A DNA stretch of 64,000 bases from NCBI GenBank assembly GCA_004402895.1, contig SORT01000002.1, positions 5,947 to 69,946 of the forward strand, given 5' to 3'. The stretch's first letter is position 1; every line of letters begins with the position of its first letter. The notes beneath the pieces are model-generated. The model was not told the origin of the DNA, did no database searches, and saw only the letters and a program-made list of their open reading frames with translations. Of the stretch, positions 9,967-19,563 are shown piece after piece. Made by a program: the position numbers and the translations under genes. This DNA comes from Fidelibacterota bacterium MT.SAG.3 (lineage in GTDB: Bacteria; Fidelibacterota; SORT01).

Positions 9967-10386
9967 ATGAAAAATGAACTATCTGTTCAGCTGAATAATA
10001 ACAAGAAAGAGATCAGGCGGTTAAAGAAAGAATTCAATAAGTTCGGCGAACTTCATCGGCTTCCTAAGAACGTTTTGACAAACATGCACGTCGCCCTCGA
10101 TGAAGTTCTTACAAATGTCGTCAACTACGGATACACCGACAAAAAAGAACATCAGATCGATGTTCACTTTCGACTCAAGAGCAATATGATAGAAGTAGAA
10201 GTAATCGACGATGCACGTCCTTTTAACATTCTGGACGTAGACGAACCGGTCACTCAAAAACCCCTTGAAGAAAAGTCAATCGGAGGTTTGGGTATACATC
10301 TGATAAAAAATTTGATGGATGAAGTGGAATACCACCGTCGCGATGGGTTGAATCAGCTATTTTTGAGAGCGAAGATCCTTCATTAA
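9967..10386 (+). CDS. RsbW-like anti-sigma factor / Ser kinase (HATPase_c_2)
   Basis: ALDEVLTNVVNYG, DDARPFN, GGLGIHLIKNLMD motifs. Confidence 0.9.
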   Translation: MKNELSVQLNNNKKEIRRLKKEFNKFGELHRLPKNVLTNMHVALDEVLTNVVNYGYTDKKEHQIDVHFRLKSNMIEVEVIDDARPFNILDVDEPVTQKPLEEKSIGGLGIHLIKNLMDEVEYHRRDGLNQLFLRAKILH

Positions 10387-10422
10387 GAAATGCGTTATAT
10401 TAAACAAATACAGGAGCTGTAA

Positions 10423-10758
10423 TTGGAAATTAAAGAGCATAAAGAGGGCAATATTATTATACTCGAACCGAACGGTCGATTGGATACCAACACCTCTGAT
10501 GAGTTCGAGGCTAAACTTGTGGGGCTGACAGATGAGGAGGAGCTGCGGTTGGTCATAGATTTAATCCACGTGGACTACATAAGCAGCGCCGGTTTACGTG
10601 TACTGCTAATGGCTGCGAAAAAACTGAAAATTATGAACGGAAGCATAGTACTCTGCTCGATGAGCAACCATATAAAGGAAGTTTTTGATATCGCCGGATT
10701 TACGCCGATATTTTCAATTGAACATTCACGGGATAAGGCGATTGAATCACTGCGATAA
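10423..10758 (+). CDS. STAS-domain anti-anti-sigma factor (RsbV-like)
   Basis: GRLD, VDYISSAGLRVLL, VFDIAGF motifs. Confidence 0.92.
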   Translation: MEIKEHKEGNIIILEPNGRLDTNTSDEFEAKLVGLTDEEELRLVIDLIHVDYISSAGLRVLLMAAKKLKIMNGSIVLCSMSNHIKEVFDIAGFTPIFSIEHSRDKAIESLR

Positions 10759-10775
10759 CATCGGATACAGAGTGA

Positions 10776-12062
10776 CTATTGCAGGTATTTTAAAGCCATG
10801 ACCGTAATATCATCTGACTGCGGCGCCTCATCAATGAAACGGCTTATGGTTTCCATCGTCTTTTTGGTCAATTCGGTCGCAGAAGAACCTTTTATCTCCT
10901 TAAAGAAATTTTCGAGACGAATATATGAGAATTCATTTCCATCCCCGTCCATCGCTTCGTTCACACCATCGGTGTAAAGGTATATAGTATCTTTCTTTGA
11001 AAGCCTGACTTTCTTCAGCTCGTATTTAACATCTTCCATCACACCGAGTGCCATTCCTCTCGTACTCTCTATTCCGCCGAAGGTACCGTCGCTATAAAGG
11101 ATATACGGTGGATTGTGCCCGCCATTGGAGTATCGCAGTTCACCCGTATGAATATTTAAAATCCCGTGAAAGATTGTCACGAACATCTCCTGTTCGTTTT
11201 CCTGACACAGTTCGTTGTTCACCTTGAACAATATATCATCCGATGCATAATTCCCTATGGTGTAAGCCTTTATCAATGTCTTCGCAACGGCCATAAACAA
11301 CGCAGCGGGTATTCCTTTACCGGAGACATCGCCGATAACGAGACATAAGTGTTCGTCGTCCACAAGGAAAAAATCATAAAAGTCTCCTCCAATTTCCACT
11401 GCAGGCTCAATGCTGGCGTAGATCTCGAACTGACTTTTATCCGGAAACGGTGGAAATTGTTTGGGTAGTAAGCCCATCTGAATATTTCGAGCCAGTTTCA
11501 GAGTTTGTTCGATCTTCTCTTTTTGCTTTACCTCCGTATGTAGGCGGGCGTTCTCAATGGCTATAGCCGCTTGAATTGACAGGTCTTCGAGAAACCGTAA
11601 ATCACTCTTTGTAAATTTCCCCTTTTTACTGTTTAACACCTGGAAAACTCCAATAAGTTTTTCCCCTTTGATGTGCATCGGAACACAGAGGCATGACTTG
11701 GTTTCAAAACCCGAGACTTTATCTATTTTGCCGAAGAATCTCTCATCGTTTTCAACATCATCTATAATAAGGCTATCCCCGGTTTTCGCAACGTTCCCGG
11801 CAATCCCCACACCGTAGGGAAGATTGATGTTGAGATGTTTATCCTCAAGATATACGGAATGGAGTTCTTCTTTATCCTCATCCGCAAGGTATATCGTAGC
11901 CTTTTCAGCCCTAAGTTCTGTTCTTCCTATCTTTCGAATAATCTCCATCAACTCATCGAGGTTCAGTGTAGAGTTTATAAGCCTTGATGCCTTTGCCAGC
12001 GAGTTCAGATGCTCCACTTCAAGTTGGAGCTGTTTGATCTTATCATCTTTTCCTGTCAACAA
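10776..12062 (-). CDS. GAF + SpoIIE/PP2C phosphatase (RsbU-like)
   Basis: GAF segment GIAGNVA...CVPM; PP2C motifs GGDFYD, IGDVSGKG, YTDGVNEA, SDDIT. Confidence 0.92.
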   Translation of the reverse strand: MLTGKDDKIKQLQLEVEHLNSLAKASRLINSTLNLDELMEIIRKIGRTELRAEKATIYLADEDKEELHSVYLEDKHLNINLPYGVGIAGNVAKTGDSLIIDDVENDERFFGKIDKVSGFETKSCLCVPMHIKGEKLIGVFQVLNSKKGKFTKSDLRFLEDLSIQAAIAIENARLHTEVKQKEKIEQTLKLARNIQMGLLPKQFPPFPDKSQFEIYASIEPAVEIGGDFYDFFLVDDEHLCLVIGDVSGKGIPAALFMAVAKTLIKAYTIGNYASDDILFKVNNELCQENEQEMFVTIFHGILNIHTGELRYSNGGHNPPYILYSDGTFGGIESTRGMALGVMEDVKYELKKVRLSKKDTIYLYTDGVNEAMDGDGNEFSYIRLENFFKEIKGSSATELTKKTMETISRFIDEAPQSDDITVMALKYLQ

Positions 12063-12344
12063 CTAAATCTCCCGGTCTAATTTTGTAAACCGTTTTATTG
12101 CTTTCCTCGGTTCAGCTGCCTACTCGTCGGTGCTCTTCCAGATGGTGAGGAATTTTTCATATTTATCAATCTCATGTTGACCGACTCTATGTTACAGATT
12201 AAATCCATAAAAAGCACTGCATGTTTACGTTCAATTTTGTAAACATGTGAGTTCAAATTCTCGAAAAATATGCAGCACAAATGACCGTTACTGAAACATT
12301 TCCATAAACGTCCCAAAATCAAAATCTCATGATTATTGCATTTA

Positions 12345-12395
12345 ACGAGTTTTGGCACCGCGGAATAGTGTGTTATAACCTACGTTTAGGGGACA
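12345..12395. repeat. res-like repeat R3 copy 1
   Basis: gagttttggcaccgcggaatagTGTGTTATAAcctacgtTTAGGGGACA; matches 16512-16561. Confidence 0.6.
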
Positions 12396-12430
12396 GAATA
12401 TAAACCATGAAATTCTTTTTCTGAGATATA

Positions 12431-12553
12431 ACTTAAGTATTTAATTAATAAAGAATTACTGTAGATATTTACTGAACACCGGATTAAGAGTCCTATGCCA
12501 TCTCTTTATTACCAACGGTCAGAGAAGACTGATGACCTCATAGTGACCATTTT
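12431..12553. repeat. Repeat R2 copy b, containing a tRNA-Lys(CTT)-like anticodon arm on the minus strand
   Basis: Similar to 3807-3930; minus strand GGACTCTTAATCC at 12481-12493. Confidence 0.55.
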
Positions 12554-12601
12554 ATGTCCCGGTTTGTCCCGTAATGCTGCTTTTATCAACGAATTTTTCA
12601 A

Positions 12602-12703
12602 GCGGCGGTTTTGAAGAGCGTGGTTGCCCTTGATACTCAGGCACTTACAGGAATCGCTGCCATATAATTGCCATTCTACAGACCAATCCAGACATTTGGA
12701 GAC
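12602..12703. repeat. att-like repeat R1 copy b
   Basis: Shares tgatactcaggcacttacaggaatcgctgccatataattgccattct exactly with copy a. Confidence 0.85.
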
Positions 12704-12993
12704 CAGCCAAGTGACTAATTTCTTGTTCCATGATTTGGGAATATACCCATTGTGGAACTCAAAATATGCAGCACCTTTTTCTGATGTGAAGCAAAATGCA
12801 ATTGATACTTGATTGGTATTGATTATAAGTGGCAGATTACTATATTATATACCAAGGTAGTTAAATATCAATAAAACGGGTCAACCACTAATGCTGTATA
12901 AACAATAGTTATGCTTTAGGTATGGATATAGCAGGACGACCAAAAGAACAAGTCGGGAAGTAAGGCATACCCCCTCGTTTAGGAAGGCAAAAT

Positions 12994-13812
12994 ATGCCAA
13001 TATTTATGGATCGCCACGACATTAGTGGTGTAACTGCTAAGGACGTCGCTGAGGCACATCAAGCTGATTTAAGGATTCAGTCTAAGCACGCTTGTAATTG
13101 CTTTACGTACTGGTTTGACGAAGGTAGGGGAACTGTTTTCTGTCTCATCGAAGCACCGACGGCATCAGCGGTTCGCGATCTACACCTCGAGTCTCATGGA
13201 CTCAATCCAAGCCAAATTATCGAAGTGGATCCATCGACGGTCGCGAATTTCCTCGGACGAGTGACGGATCCTGATAACGTTGACGCTGAACCGGTGCAGG
13301 AATCTGGTTTTAGATCCATTATGTTCACTGATATGGCAAACTCCACTGATATCACAAATTCACTCGGGGACAATGCGGCATTTGCCGTCCTAAAAAAACA
13401 TCGTGCAGTCATTCGGCAGGCTCTACTAGACCACCATGGCCGCGAAGTGGATCGTACAGGTGACGGCTTTCTGACATGCTTTACGTCGGTATCGCAGGCT
13501 GTAAGTTGTTCTATGGCAATCCAGCAGGAATTTGATAACTACAACCATACAGATACTGAACGCGTCCCTATCCAAGTACGCATCGGCCTCGGCGCTGGAG
13601 AGCCGGTGACTGAAAAAGACGAGCTTTTCGGCTCAATAGTGAATCTCACAGCTAGAATTTGTGCTCAAGCCAAGCCGAACCAGATCTTGGCATCCCACGT
13701 GATTCGCGAGCTTTGTATCGGCAAGAACTTTGCATTCCAGCCTTATGGAGCAGTAAATCTGAAGGGATTTCCAGACCCCATCGAACTCGATGCTGTTGAG
13801 TGGAAAGCCTAA
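12994..13812 (+). CDS. DUF4242 (SCO4226-like nickel-binding) domain fused to class III nucleotide cyclase
   Basis: MPIFMDRH...VAEAHQAD...YWFDE...FCLIEAP...HG; cyclase motifs FTDMANST, TGDG, FGSIVNLTAR. Confidence 0.85.
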   Translation: MPIFMDRHDISGVTAKDVAEAHQADLRIQSKHACNCFTYWFDEGRGTVFCLIEAPTASAVRDLHLESHGLNPSQIIEVDPSTVANFLGRVTDPDNVDAEPVQESGFRSIMFTDMANSTDITNSLGDNAAFAVLKKHRAVIRQALLDHHGREVDRTGDGFLTCFTSVSQAVSCSMAIQQEFDNYNHTDTERVPIQVRIGLGAGEPVTEKDELFGSIVNLTARICAQAKPNQILASHVIRELCIGKNFAFQPYGAVNLKGFPDPIELDAVEWKA

Positions 13813-13817
13813 CTCCA

Positions 13818-13875
13818 GCGGAGGGCGAGGGATTCGAACCCCCATTCCTTTGCGGGAAACGGTTTTGAAGATCGC
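13818..13875 (-). pseudogene. 3' half of a class II tRNA (Ser-like body, TCA anticodon), att-site fragment
   Basis: Minus strand GCGAT-CTTCAAA-ACCGT, variable arm TTCC-CGCAAA-GGAA, T-arm GGGGG-TTCGAAT-CCCTC, acceptor GCCCTCC-G; no D-arm or 5' acceptor strand. Confidence 0.75.
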
Positions 13876-13960
13876 GGTTGCCCTTGATACATAGGAACTT
13901 ACAGGAATTGATGCCATATAATTGCCATTCTGTAGACCAATCCAGACCAATTGAGACTAA
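13860..13960. repeat. att-like repeat R1 copy c
   Basis: cggttttgaaga...ggttgcccttgatac...cttacaggaat...tgccatataattgccattctgtagaccaatccagaccaattgagactaa. Confidence 0.85.
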
Positions 13961-14089
13961 GTGTAAATCTAATCTTATATCACTAATATTTAAATTTATA
14001 CCAGATGCTAATCTTTGATTCCTCTCCAACTTTTTGATAGAAGTTAATTATAATTAATAAGACTTCTATTATTGAGATTTCGTAGTTCT

Positions 14090-16285
14090 TTAGGGTTCGA
14101 CTATTTGCAGTGAAAAGGAATCAAACCAAGCGCTGCCCTCTCCGGTTAAAGCTATACCAAAATCGATCCACTGTGCTTCATCTGAAACTTCACCGGTAAT
14201 CTCAAAGAAACGCCATTCACTCGTCTTAATCGGCCGATCTTTCATGTTATCCTTAAAAAGGAGGGACTGAGTATCGCGCCCCCTTTTGTTAACTTTTAGC
14301 CACAAATAAGCATCATTTCCAGAGCCTTCCAGCTCCGTTCGTACTGCCGCCCGTAACTTGATTCGCTTACCGCGATACGAGGTAGCGTCCAAACGCTGCA
14401 AGAGTAAAGCATACGTTTCCCCATAATGTTTGCCAAATTTCCTGCTGATTTTCACACACTTCTTGCCCTGTTGTGGAAGTTCGGTGCTGGTTTCAACAAT
14501 AAAGTCAAAATTGGCCAACCGGTATTTATGAGCACTCCACCCTTCAGGGATCACTCCCGGTTCACTGCTTTCAAAATTTAGATTCTTAGGTGAAGTCAGG
14601 ATTCGTGGTTTCGAGCGAGTTCCACCGGGATTTGGACGGGCGGCAGTGGTTTCGTCAACGAATAGCAACACATCATATAGTTCTGTTACCTGTACGTCTT
14701 CCGCATAACTTGAAGCCGCTTGTGGGTTGAACACTGCGCCAATATAGCGGGTTTTGCGTGGTTTTGCAAACCACTCGGCTACATAGCCAGTTTCAGGTAA
14801 TCTTCGTAAATCAAAGGCTGCATAAGGCAGACCGGTAGCGCCAAGTGTCGCATCGAGACTCTCTTCCGGCAGTGGTTTGACATGAAAGGGTCTTAAACCC
14901 CTGCTACTGCCAAAGGATATCCAAATTGCTTGAAACGAACCTTGATTAAATGCAAATCCGAAAACAACCATATCCTTGCCATACATTTCTCGTAGAAATT
15001 GCCCCATCCAATTCTTCCGTGTGTTCACATGGCCATTGTGCGCCCATATCACGATTTTGGCATCGGGTCCTTCGTGTTCCATGATCCAATGAATATTTGC
15101 TGCCATGGAGCTGTCGCGAATAGCCGATCCAGATGGTATGTTCGATTGAATGTATTGTGATAGAATATTAGCGTGCAGTCGTGCAACCTTCCAATCTTTT
15201 TCGCCGGTTTGAGCGATATATTTTCCACTGTTCGCATCTAAATCTTTAATCGTCGATGCGATAACTTGCAAGGTCTTAGACATTTCCTCTTTAGAGATAT
15301 CAGCAAAATCCCATTTGTAGGGACTCTTTATCAGGGAGAGGGAAGCATTCTCGTTTAATACCGCCGCTACCTTGCGATCAACTTTATTTAAGTAGTTCTC
15401 CAGTACCTTAAGCGCTCGCGTCCCGTACGTCATGTCATATCCATAAAACTTGACTTTTTTCGTATGATTCGGATCAGCGTTATAACGCCGCATCCAGCGG
15501 ATCATCTCCAATACTTCTTCCGTGTCCCAGGTCCAGAAATAAATTCCGGCCAGCGCTTTTTCGGGATCGCCCTTGCCTGTCAACACATACTCATTCACAT
15601 CAAATCCTTCCGGCATGGTCGCCTCAATGGCGAATATATTAAATTCCATCTCCGTGACTAGAAACTCTAGCATGCGATGTTTTAACTGGAAAAATTCGCG
15701 TGTTCCGTGGGTTGCCTCTCCAAGCGCCACCAGACGCGCATCACCGATGATTTGCTTCAACGGTTGCATATCCTCGAACCCTTGTTCCGCCTCCACCCCC
15801 TTCAAAGGAACCGCATTGTCTTTAAGCCACTGAATGGTCGTCTGACGTCTGGCACGATTGGTTTCAAGTCGTTCCTTATATTCAGACGCTGAGAGCAGTT
15901 CTTCAATCTGGACTTTGTATTTCCCCTTCACCAAAGGTTCTTCATCACCTTCGATTTTATGGGGATAGATCTCCAACTGATAGTTTCCAGAGGTTTTAGC
16001 TTCGATCATCACATTTTCTGTACCCTGAGTGCCGGTCGGACCGTCAACTTCGTCAATCTTCTCTCCATTTGGATCGAGCACCGAAATCACCAAATCGATA
16101 CCGATTTGCTCCACAGTGACATGCACAAATTGCCCAGACTTCAGCGCCACCTGATAGGTATGGCGCGCTCCTTCAGACATCGGGCTTTCGATTTCTTTCC
16201 CCGGAACGAGAGTTTTGACCTGTGTGCTGGCGCTCGAGCAATTCAACAACAAGAACGCAAACAGATACATAGTTAATGTTTTCAT
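14090..16285 (-). CDS. Erythromycin esterase family protein with N-terminal PPC-like and C-terminal jelly-roll-like domains; probable lipoprotein
   Basis: LGEATHGTREF, RDSSMA, WAHNGH motifs; signal peptide ending LLLNC; RBS GGAGGAGG before the ATG at 16285. Confidence 0.85.
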   Translation of the reverse strand: MKTLTMYLFAFLLLNCSSASTQVKTLVPGKEIESPMSEGARHTYQVALKSGQFVHVTVEQIGIDLVISVLDPNGEKIDEVDGPTGTQGTENVMIEAKTSGNYQLEIYPHKIEGDEEPLVKGKYKVQIEELLSASEYKERLETNRARRQTTIQWLKDNAVPLKGVEAEQGFEDMQPLKQIIGDARLVALGEATHGTREFFQLKHRMLEFLVTEMEFNIFAIEATMPEGFDVNEYVLTGKGDPEKALAGIYFWTWDTEEVLEMIRWMRRYNADPNHTKKVKFYGYDMTYGTRALKVLENYLNKVDRKVAAVLNENASLSLIKSPYKWDFADISKEEMSKTLQVIASTIKDLDANSGKYIAQTGEKDWKVARLHANILSQYIQSNIPSGSAIRDSSMAANIHWIMEHEGPDAKIVIWAHNGHVNTRKNWMGQFLREMYGKDMVVFGFAFNQGSFQAIWISFGSSRGLRPFHVKPLPEESLDATLGATGLPYAAFDLRRLPETGYVAEWFAKPRKTRYIGAVFNPQAASSYAEDVQVTELYDVLLFVDETTAARPNPGGTRSKPRILTSPKNLNFESSEPGVIPEGWSAHKYRLANFDFIVETSTELPQQGKKCVKISRKFGKHYGETYALLLQRLDATSYRGKRIKLRAAVRTELEGSGNDAYLWLKVNKRGRDTQSLLFKDNMKDRPIKTSEWRFFEITGEVSDEAQWIDFGIALTGEGSAWFDSFSLQIVEP

Positions 16286-16511
16286 GTTGCCTCCTCCATG
16301 TGAAAGATAATTGGACATAGTATACGAAACTTCTTCGTACTAACAAAGTTTATTTTGTTGCGTGTAACAGCCAGATTCGGGGGTTTTGCAATATAAGACG
16401 TCAGTTGATCACGACAAAAGTGGCGCACAAGTCGATAGTTTTTAGTGGATAACGTCATGGTCTTGAATTTCGCGCTGGGTCTTATATAGATCGACATAAT
16501 CTCTCGATTTT

Positions 16512-16561
16512 CGAGTTTTGGTACTGCGAAATTGTGTGTCATAACTGACATTTATGGGACA
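16512..16561. repeat. res-like repeat R3 copy 2
   Basis: gagttttggtactgcgaaattgTGTGTCATAActgacatTTATGGGACA. Confidence 0.6.
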
Positions 16562-16659
16562 GTACTATTTAAGTAGTACTGCCAAAACATTAGATCGAAT
16601 TATTTTGGGAATTACCTGTCATTATCATATATTAATATATCAATTTTTGAGGTCAATAA

Positions 16660-18363
16660 ATGAAGGAAATGGATATGATGAAAAGATATTACTCTTCTAT
16701 ATTATTTATGTTAATCTCTCTGTCAGCAATCGGATGTGCATACCGACAAATAACGGTTCCTGAAGTGACAGACGATGAATTCGCCGCCGCTTACAGAAAC
16801 GATTTGAAAACATTGTCGTCCGACGAATTTCAGGGGAGACGATCCGGTACACCGGGTGGAAAAAAGACCCAAGAATATCTGATAAACAGCTTCAAGTCAA
16901 TGGGGTTGGAGCCTGGTAACAATGGAAGTTATTTGCAGGAAGTAAAGCTATTTTCAAGAATATCGACAGCTTCGGGTGTCAGGGCAGTAAATACGGAAGG
17001 CGATACTCTGGAGATAGAGTGGAAAACGCAAATTCTTCCCCTAGTAATAGGTGAAGATACCACGATTTCTATCATAGATAAGGAGTTGGTTTTTGTAGGA
17101 TTCGGTGGCGATTCAGAGAAGTTTAACTGGCACGATTATGATGATATAGATGTTGAAGGAAAGATAGTAGTCATGCTCCGAAATCATGCCGGCTTTGCAA
17201 GTAAAGACAGTTCCGTCCTGAATGACCGTTCGAATGTAAGACTGGGATATACTTTTATAAAGATCAACACGGCGGAATCTCATGGCGCTTTTGGCACAAT
17301 AATGATTTTAGATTCGGTGTTAGCAGGGAATAAATCCAGATGGAAGGGGTGGGCACGAGTCTCTTCATGGGGGAGGAATTCTCTTTATGACGGGAAGGTG
17401 GACAGTTCCACTCTAAAGTTGAGATTGACTTTGAATTTGGAAGTAGGAAAACAGTTTATGGCATTAGCAGGCTATGATTATGATTCACTCGTAGTTGCCG
17501 CATACTCTCCCGGATTTAAGTCTTTTGATCTTGCTGTTACGCTCAGCGGTGAATTTAAAAGAAAAGAAAGAATATATATTTCCAATAATGTATTAGGTCT
17601 TATCCGCGGCACTGAGCGTCCTGATGAAGTAGTGATCTACACAGCTCATTGGGATGGTTATGGTACATACAAAGGCGCAGAAGAGGATAGCATATATAAC
17701 GGCGCAGCTGATAACGCAACTGGTACGGCGTCTATTTTGAGTCTTGCACGCTCATTCATGGCTCAACCCGTTCCTCCCAAGCGGTCGATACTGTTTATGG
17801 GTTTCACCGCGGAGGAGACGGGTTTATTGGGCTCTAAATATTACGTAGATAACCCGGTATTCCCGCTTTGGGAAAGCGTTGCTTTGATAAATACGGATAT
17901 GTTGACCTTTGTCGGTGAAACTAACGACCTGATAATCTTTGGAAGAGGAAGATCAGATCTTGACAAGTATGCAGAACGCGCAGTAAAAAAACTGGGAATG
18001 CGTATTCAGGACGATCCCTGGCCCGAGCAGGGAAATTACTATAACTCTGACCATTACGTATTTGCTTTAAAGGGAGTGCCTTCTATGTCGATGCACAACG
18101 GGATAGACAGCCGGGAGCACGGCATGGAGTGGGGGATGAAAATTCAAAAGGATTTTATAGATTCAGACTTCCACAAGGTAAGTGATGAATACAGCGAAGA
18201 TTTAAACTTGGATGGAATAATGCAATACCTTCAGGTAATCTTTGACGTCGGATACACGTTGGCTAATTCTTCCAAATTTCCTAATTGGAATAAAGACGAT
18301 GAATTTCGACCCATTCGTGACGCCAGCAGACGAGAAATAAAACTGATAAAAACCACTAAATGA
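16660..18363 (+). CDS. M28-family metallopeptidase with PA domain (lipoprotein)
   Basis: LSSDEFQGR, AHWD, GAADNATG, AEETGLLGS, SDH, FHKVSD motifs; lipobox AIGC. Confidence 0.9.
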   Translation: MKEMDMMKRYYSSILFMLISLSAIGCAYRQITVPEVTDDEFAAAYRNDLKTLSSDEFQGRRSGTPGGKKTQEYLINSFKSMGLEPGNNGSYLQEVKLFSRISTASGVRAVNTEGDTLEIEWKTQILPLVIGEDTTISIIDKELVFVGFGGDSEKFNWHDYDDIDVEGKIVVMLRNHAGFASKDSSVLNDRSNVRLGYTFIKINTAESHGAFGTIMILDSVLAGNKSRWKGWARVSSWGRNSLYDGKVDSSTLKLRLTLNLEVGKQFMALAGYDYDSLVVAAYSPGFKSFDLAVTLSGEFKRKERIYISNNVLGLIRGTERPDEVVIYTAHWDGYGTYKGAEEDSIYNGAADNATGTASILSLARSFMAQPVPPKRSILFMGFTAEETGLLGSKYYVDNPVFPLWESVALINTDMLTFVGETNDLIIFGRGRSDLDKYAERAVKKLGMRIQDDPWPEQGNYYNSDHYVFALKGVPSMSMHNGIDSREHGMEWGMKIQKDFIDSDFHKVSDEYSEDLNLDGIMQYLQVIFDVGYTLANSSKFPNWNKDDEFRPIRDASRREIKLIKTTK

Positions 18364-18438
18364 ATTTTAAATGATGCGCGGTCAGGATGCCTTTGCCGAT
18401 GGCGGGATTATGAAAATCCTGACTTTTTAAACTCTTAA

Positions 18439-18556
18439 TTTTCATAAACATATGAGTTCTGAGACGCGAAAAATGTGTATCTAAAACGACCGTTATTGAT
18501 ACAAAAATCCACTGTCTCAAAAGCTAATTGTCAGAAAATCTCGTTTTCATGAGTTT
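18439..18556. repeat. res-like repeat R3 copy 3 (three subsites)
   Basis: TGTATCTAAAA-cgaccg-TTATTGATACA (18476-18503) followed by ccactgtctcaaaagctaattgtcagaaa, which is identical to copy 4. Confidence 0.75.
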
Positions 18557-18726
18557 TGTGCAATTGATAGACATCAAAATGGTCTGTTACAAGTTGGGTT
18601 TGTGAGATTGAATTACGTCATTGGGGATACAACTTATGAAATTCATTTTCTTTGGGTATAACTTTGAACTAAATTTTAATTAAATGGAAGTTATGTAAAT
18701 CTAAACTAAATCAAGCGAGCAATCAG

Positions 18727-19320
18727 CTAGTATGCCCATCCGTAACGTGTGAAGTGATTGATGTAGAATACGAGTGTTTTTTCCGCCTCGTTTACCGTGT
18801 ATGTAACTACTTCGCCACCAGTGCCGTCATCATGTATGAAGTAGATCTCTATCAGGTAAGGATCACCGTCAAAACCAAGCGCATCGTAATCCAACGTGAT
18901 CTTTACGTCAGTGTTGAATACCATGCTCGGTAAGAACTCTACCTCGGCTGAACAGGGAATCTGTCCGTCCATGCAAGTTACCGACACCGATATCTTTGTA
19001 TTATCGTCAACCGCTCCAGCAGGAATCTCTACTTTGTTTCCAAAGGTATTAGATCCTCCAACGGTACCACCAGCCTGAACGGTGATGGTCTTTGTCGTTG
19101 AGCTTGATTTATTAAGAGCAATCAACTTCTTCATTGATTTTGGGCTCCACTTTAGAAAGTTCACACCTTCTAATGAGGTTGCCGCTCCTCATACCGAAGC
19201 AGATGTCTTAGCTGATTCCGGTGCCGTTGTTGCTGCATAATCGCAAGCAACCGAAAACAACATCGCTACAACTGTTATCGGTAAAAGCAGGTTTCTGAAT
19301 TGTATTCTGTTTCTATTCAT
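18727..19320 (-). pseudogene. Lipoprotein with ZU5-like domain interrupted by one in-frame TGA (19189-19191)
   Basis: MNRNRIQFRNLLLPITVVAMLFSVAC...SASV*GAATSLEGVNFLKW...IPAGAV...HFTRYGW; the two ORF-track pieces are in the same frame. Confidence 0.7.
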
Positions 19321-19563
19321 TATATTTATTTGGCTACTCATCATATGCTCTATTTGCACGGTTAATATAGTATAATCTATATGCGCTGTCAAGTAGTTTT
19401 TTAAAAAATCGACGTAAATTGTGAAATAAACCTCATAAAATGCGTTAATATAATGATACTATTGATATTAAGGTTATGTTGATATATTTTATATACTTAG
19501 TATGATATTAAGAACTATTTGACTAATTCTGATAACTAGCCTTCGAATATAGGATTCTTACGA

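Noticed and set aside
13818-13900. Intact tRNA-Sec or tRNA-Ser gene
   Set aside because: No D-arm or 5' acceptor strand, and the anticodon stem has a mismatch; fragment only
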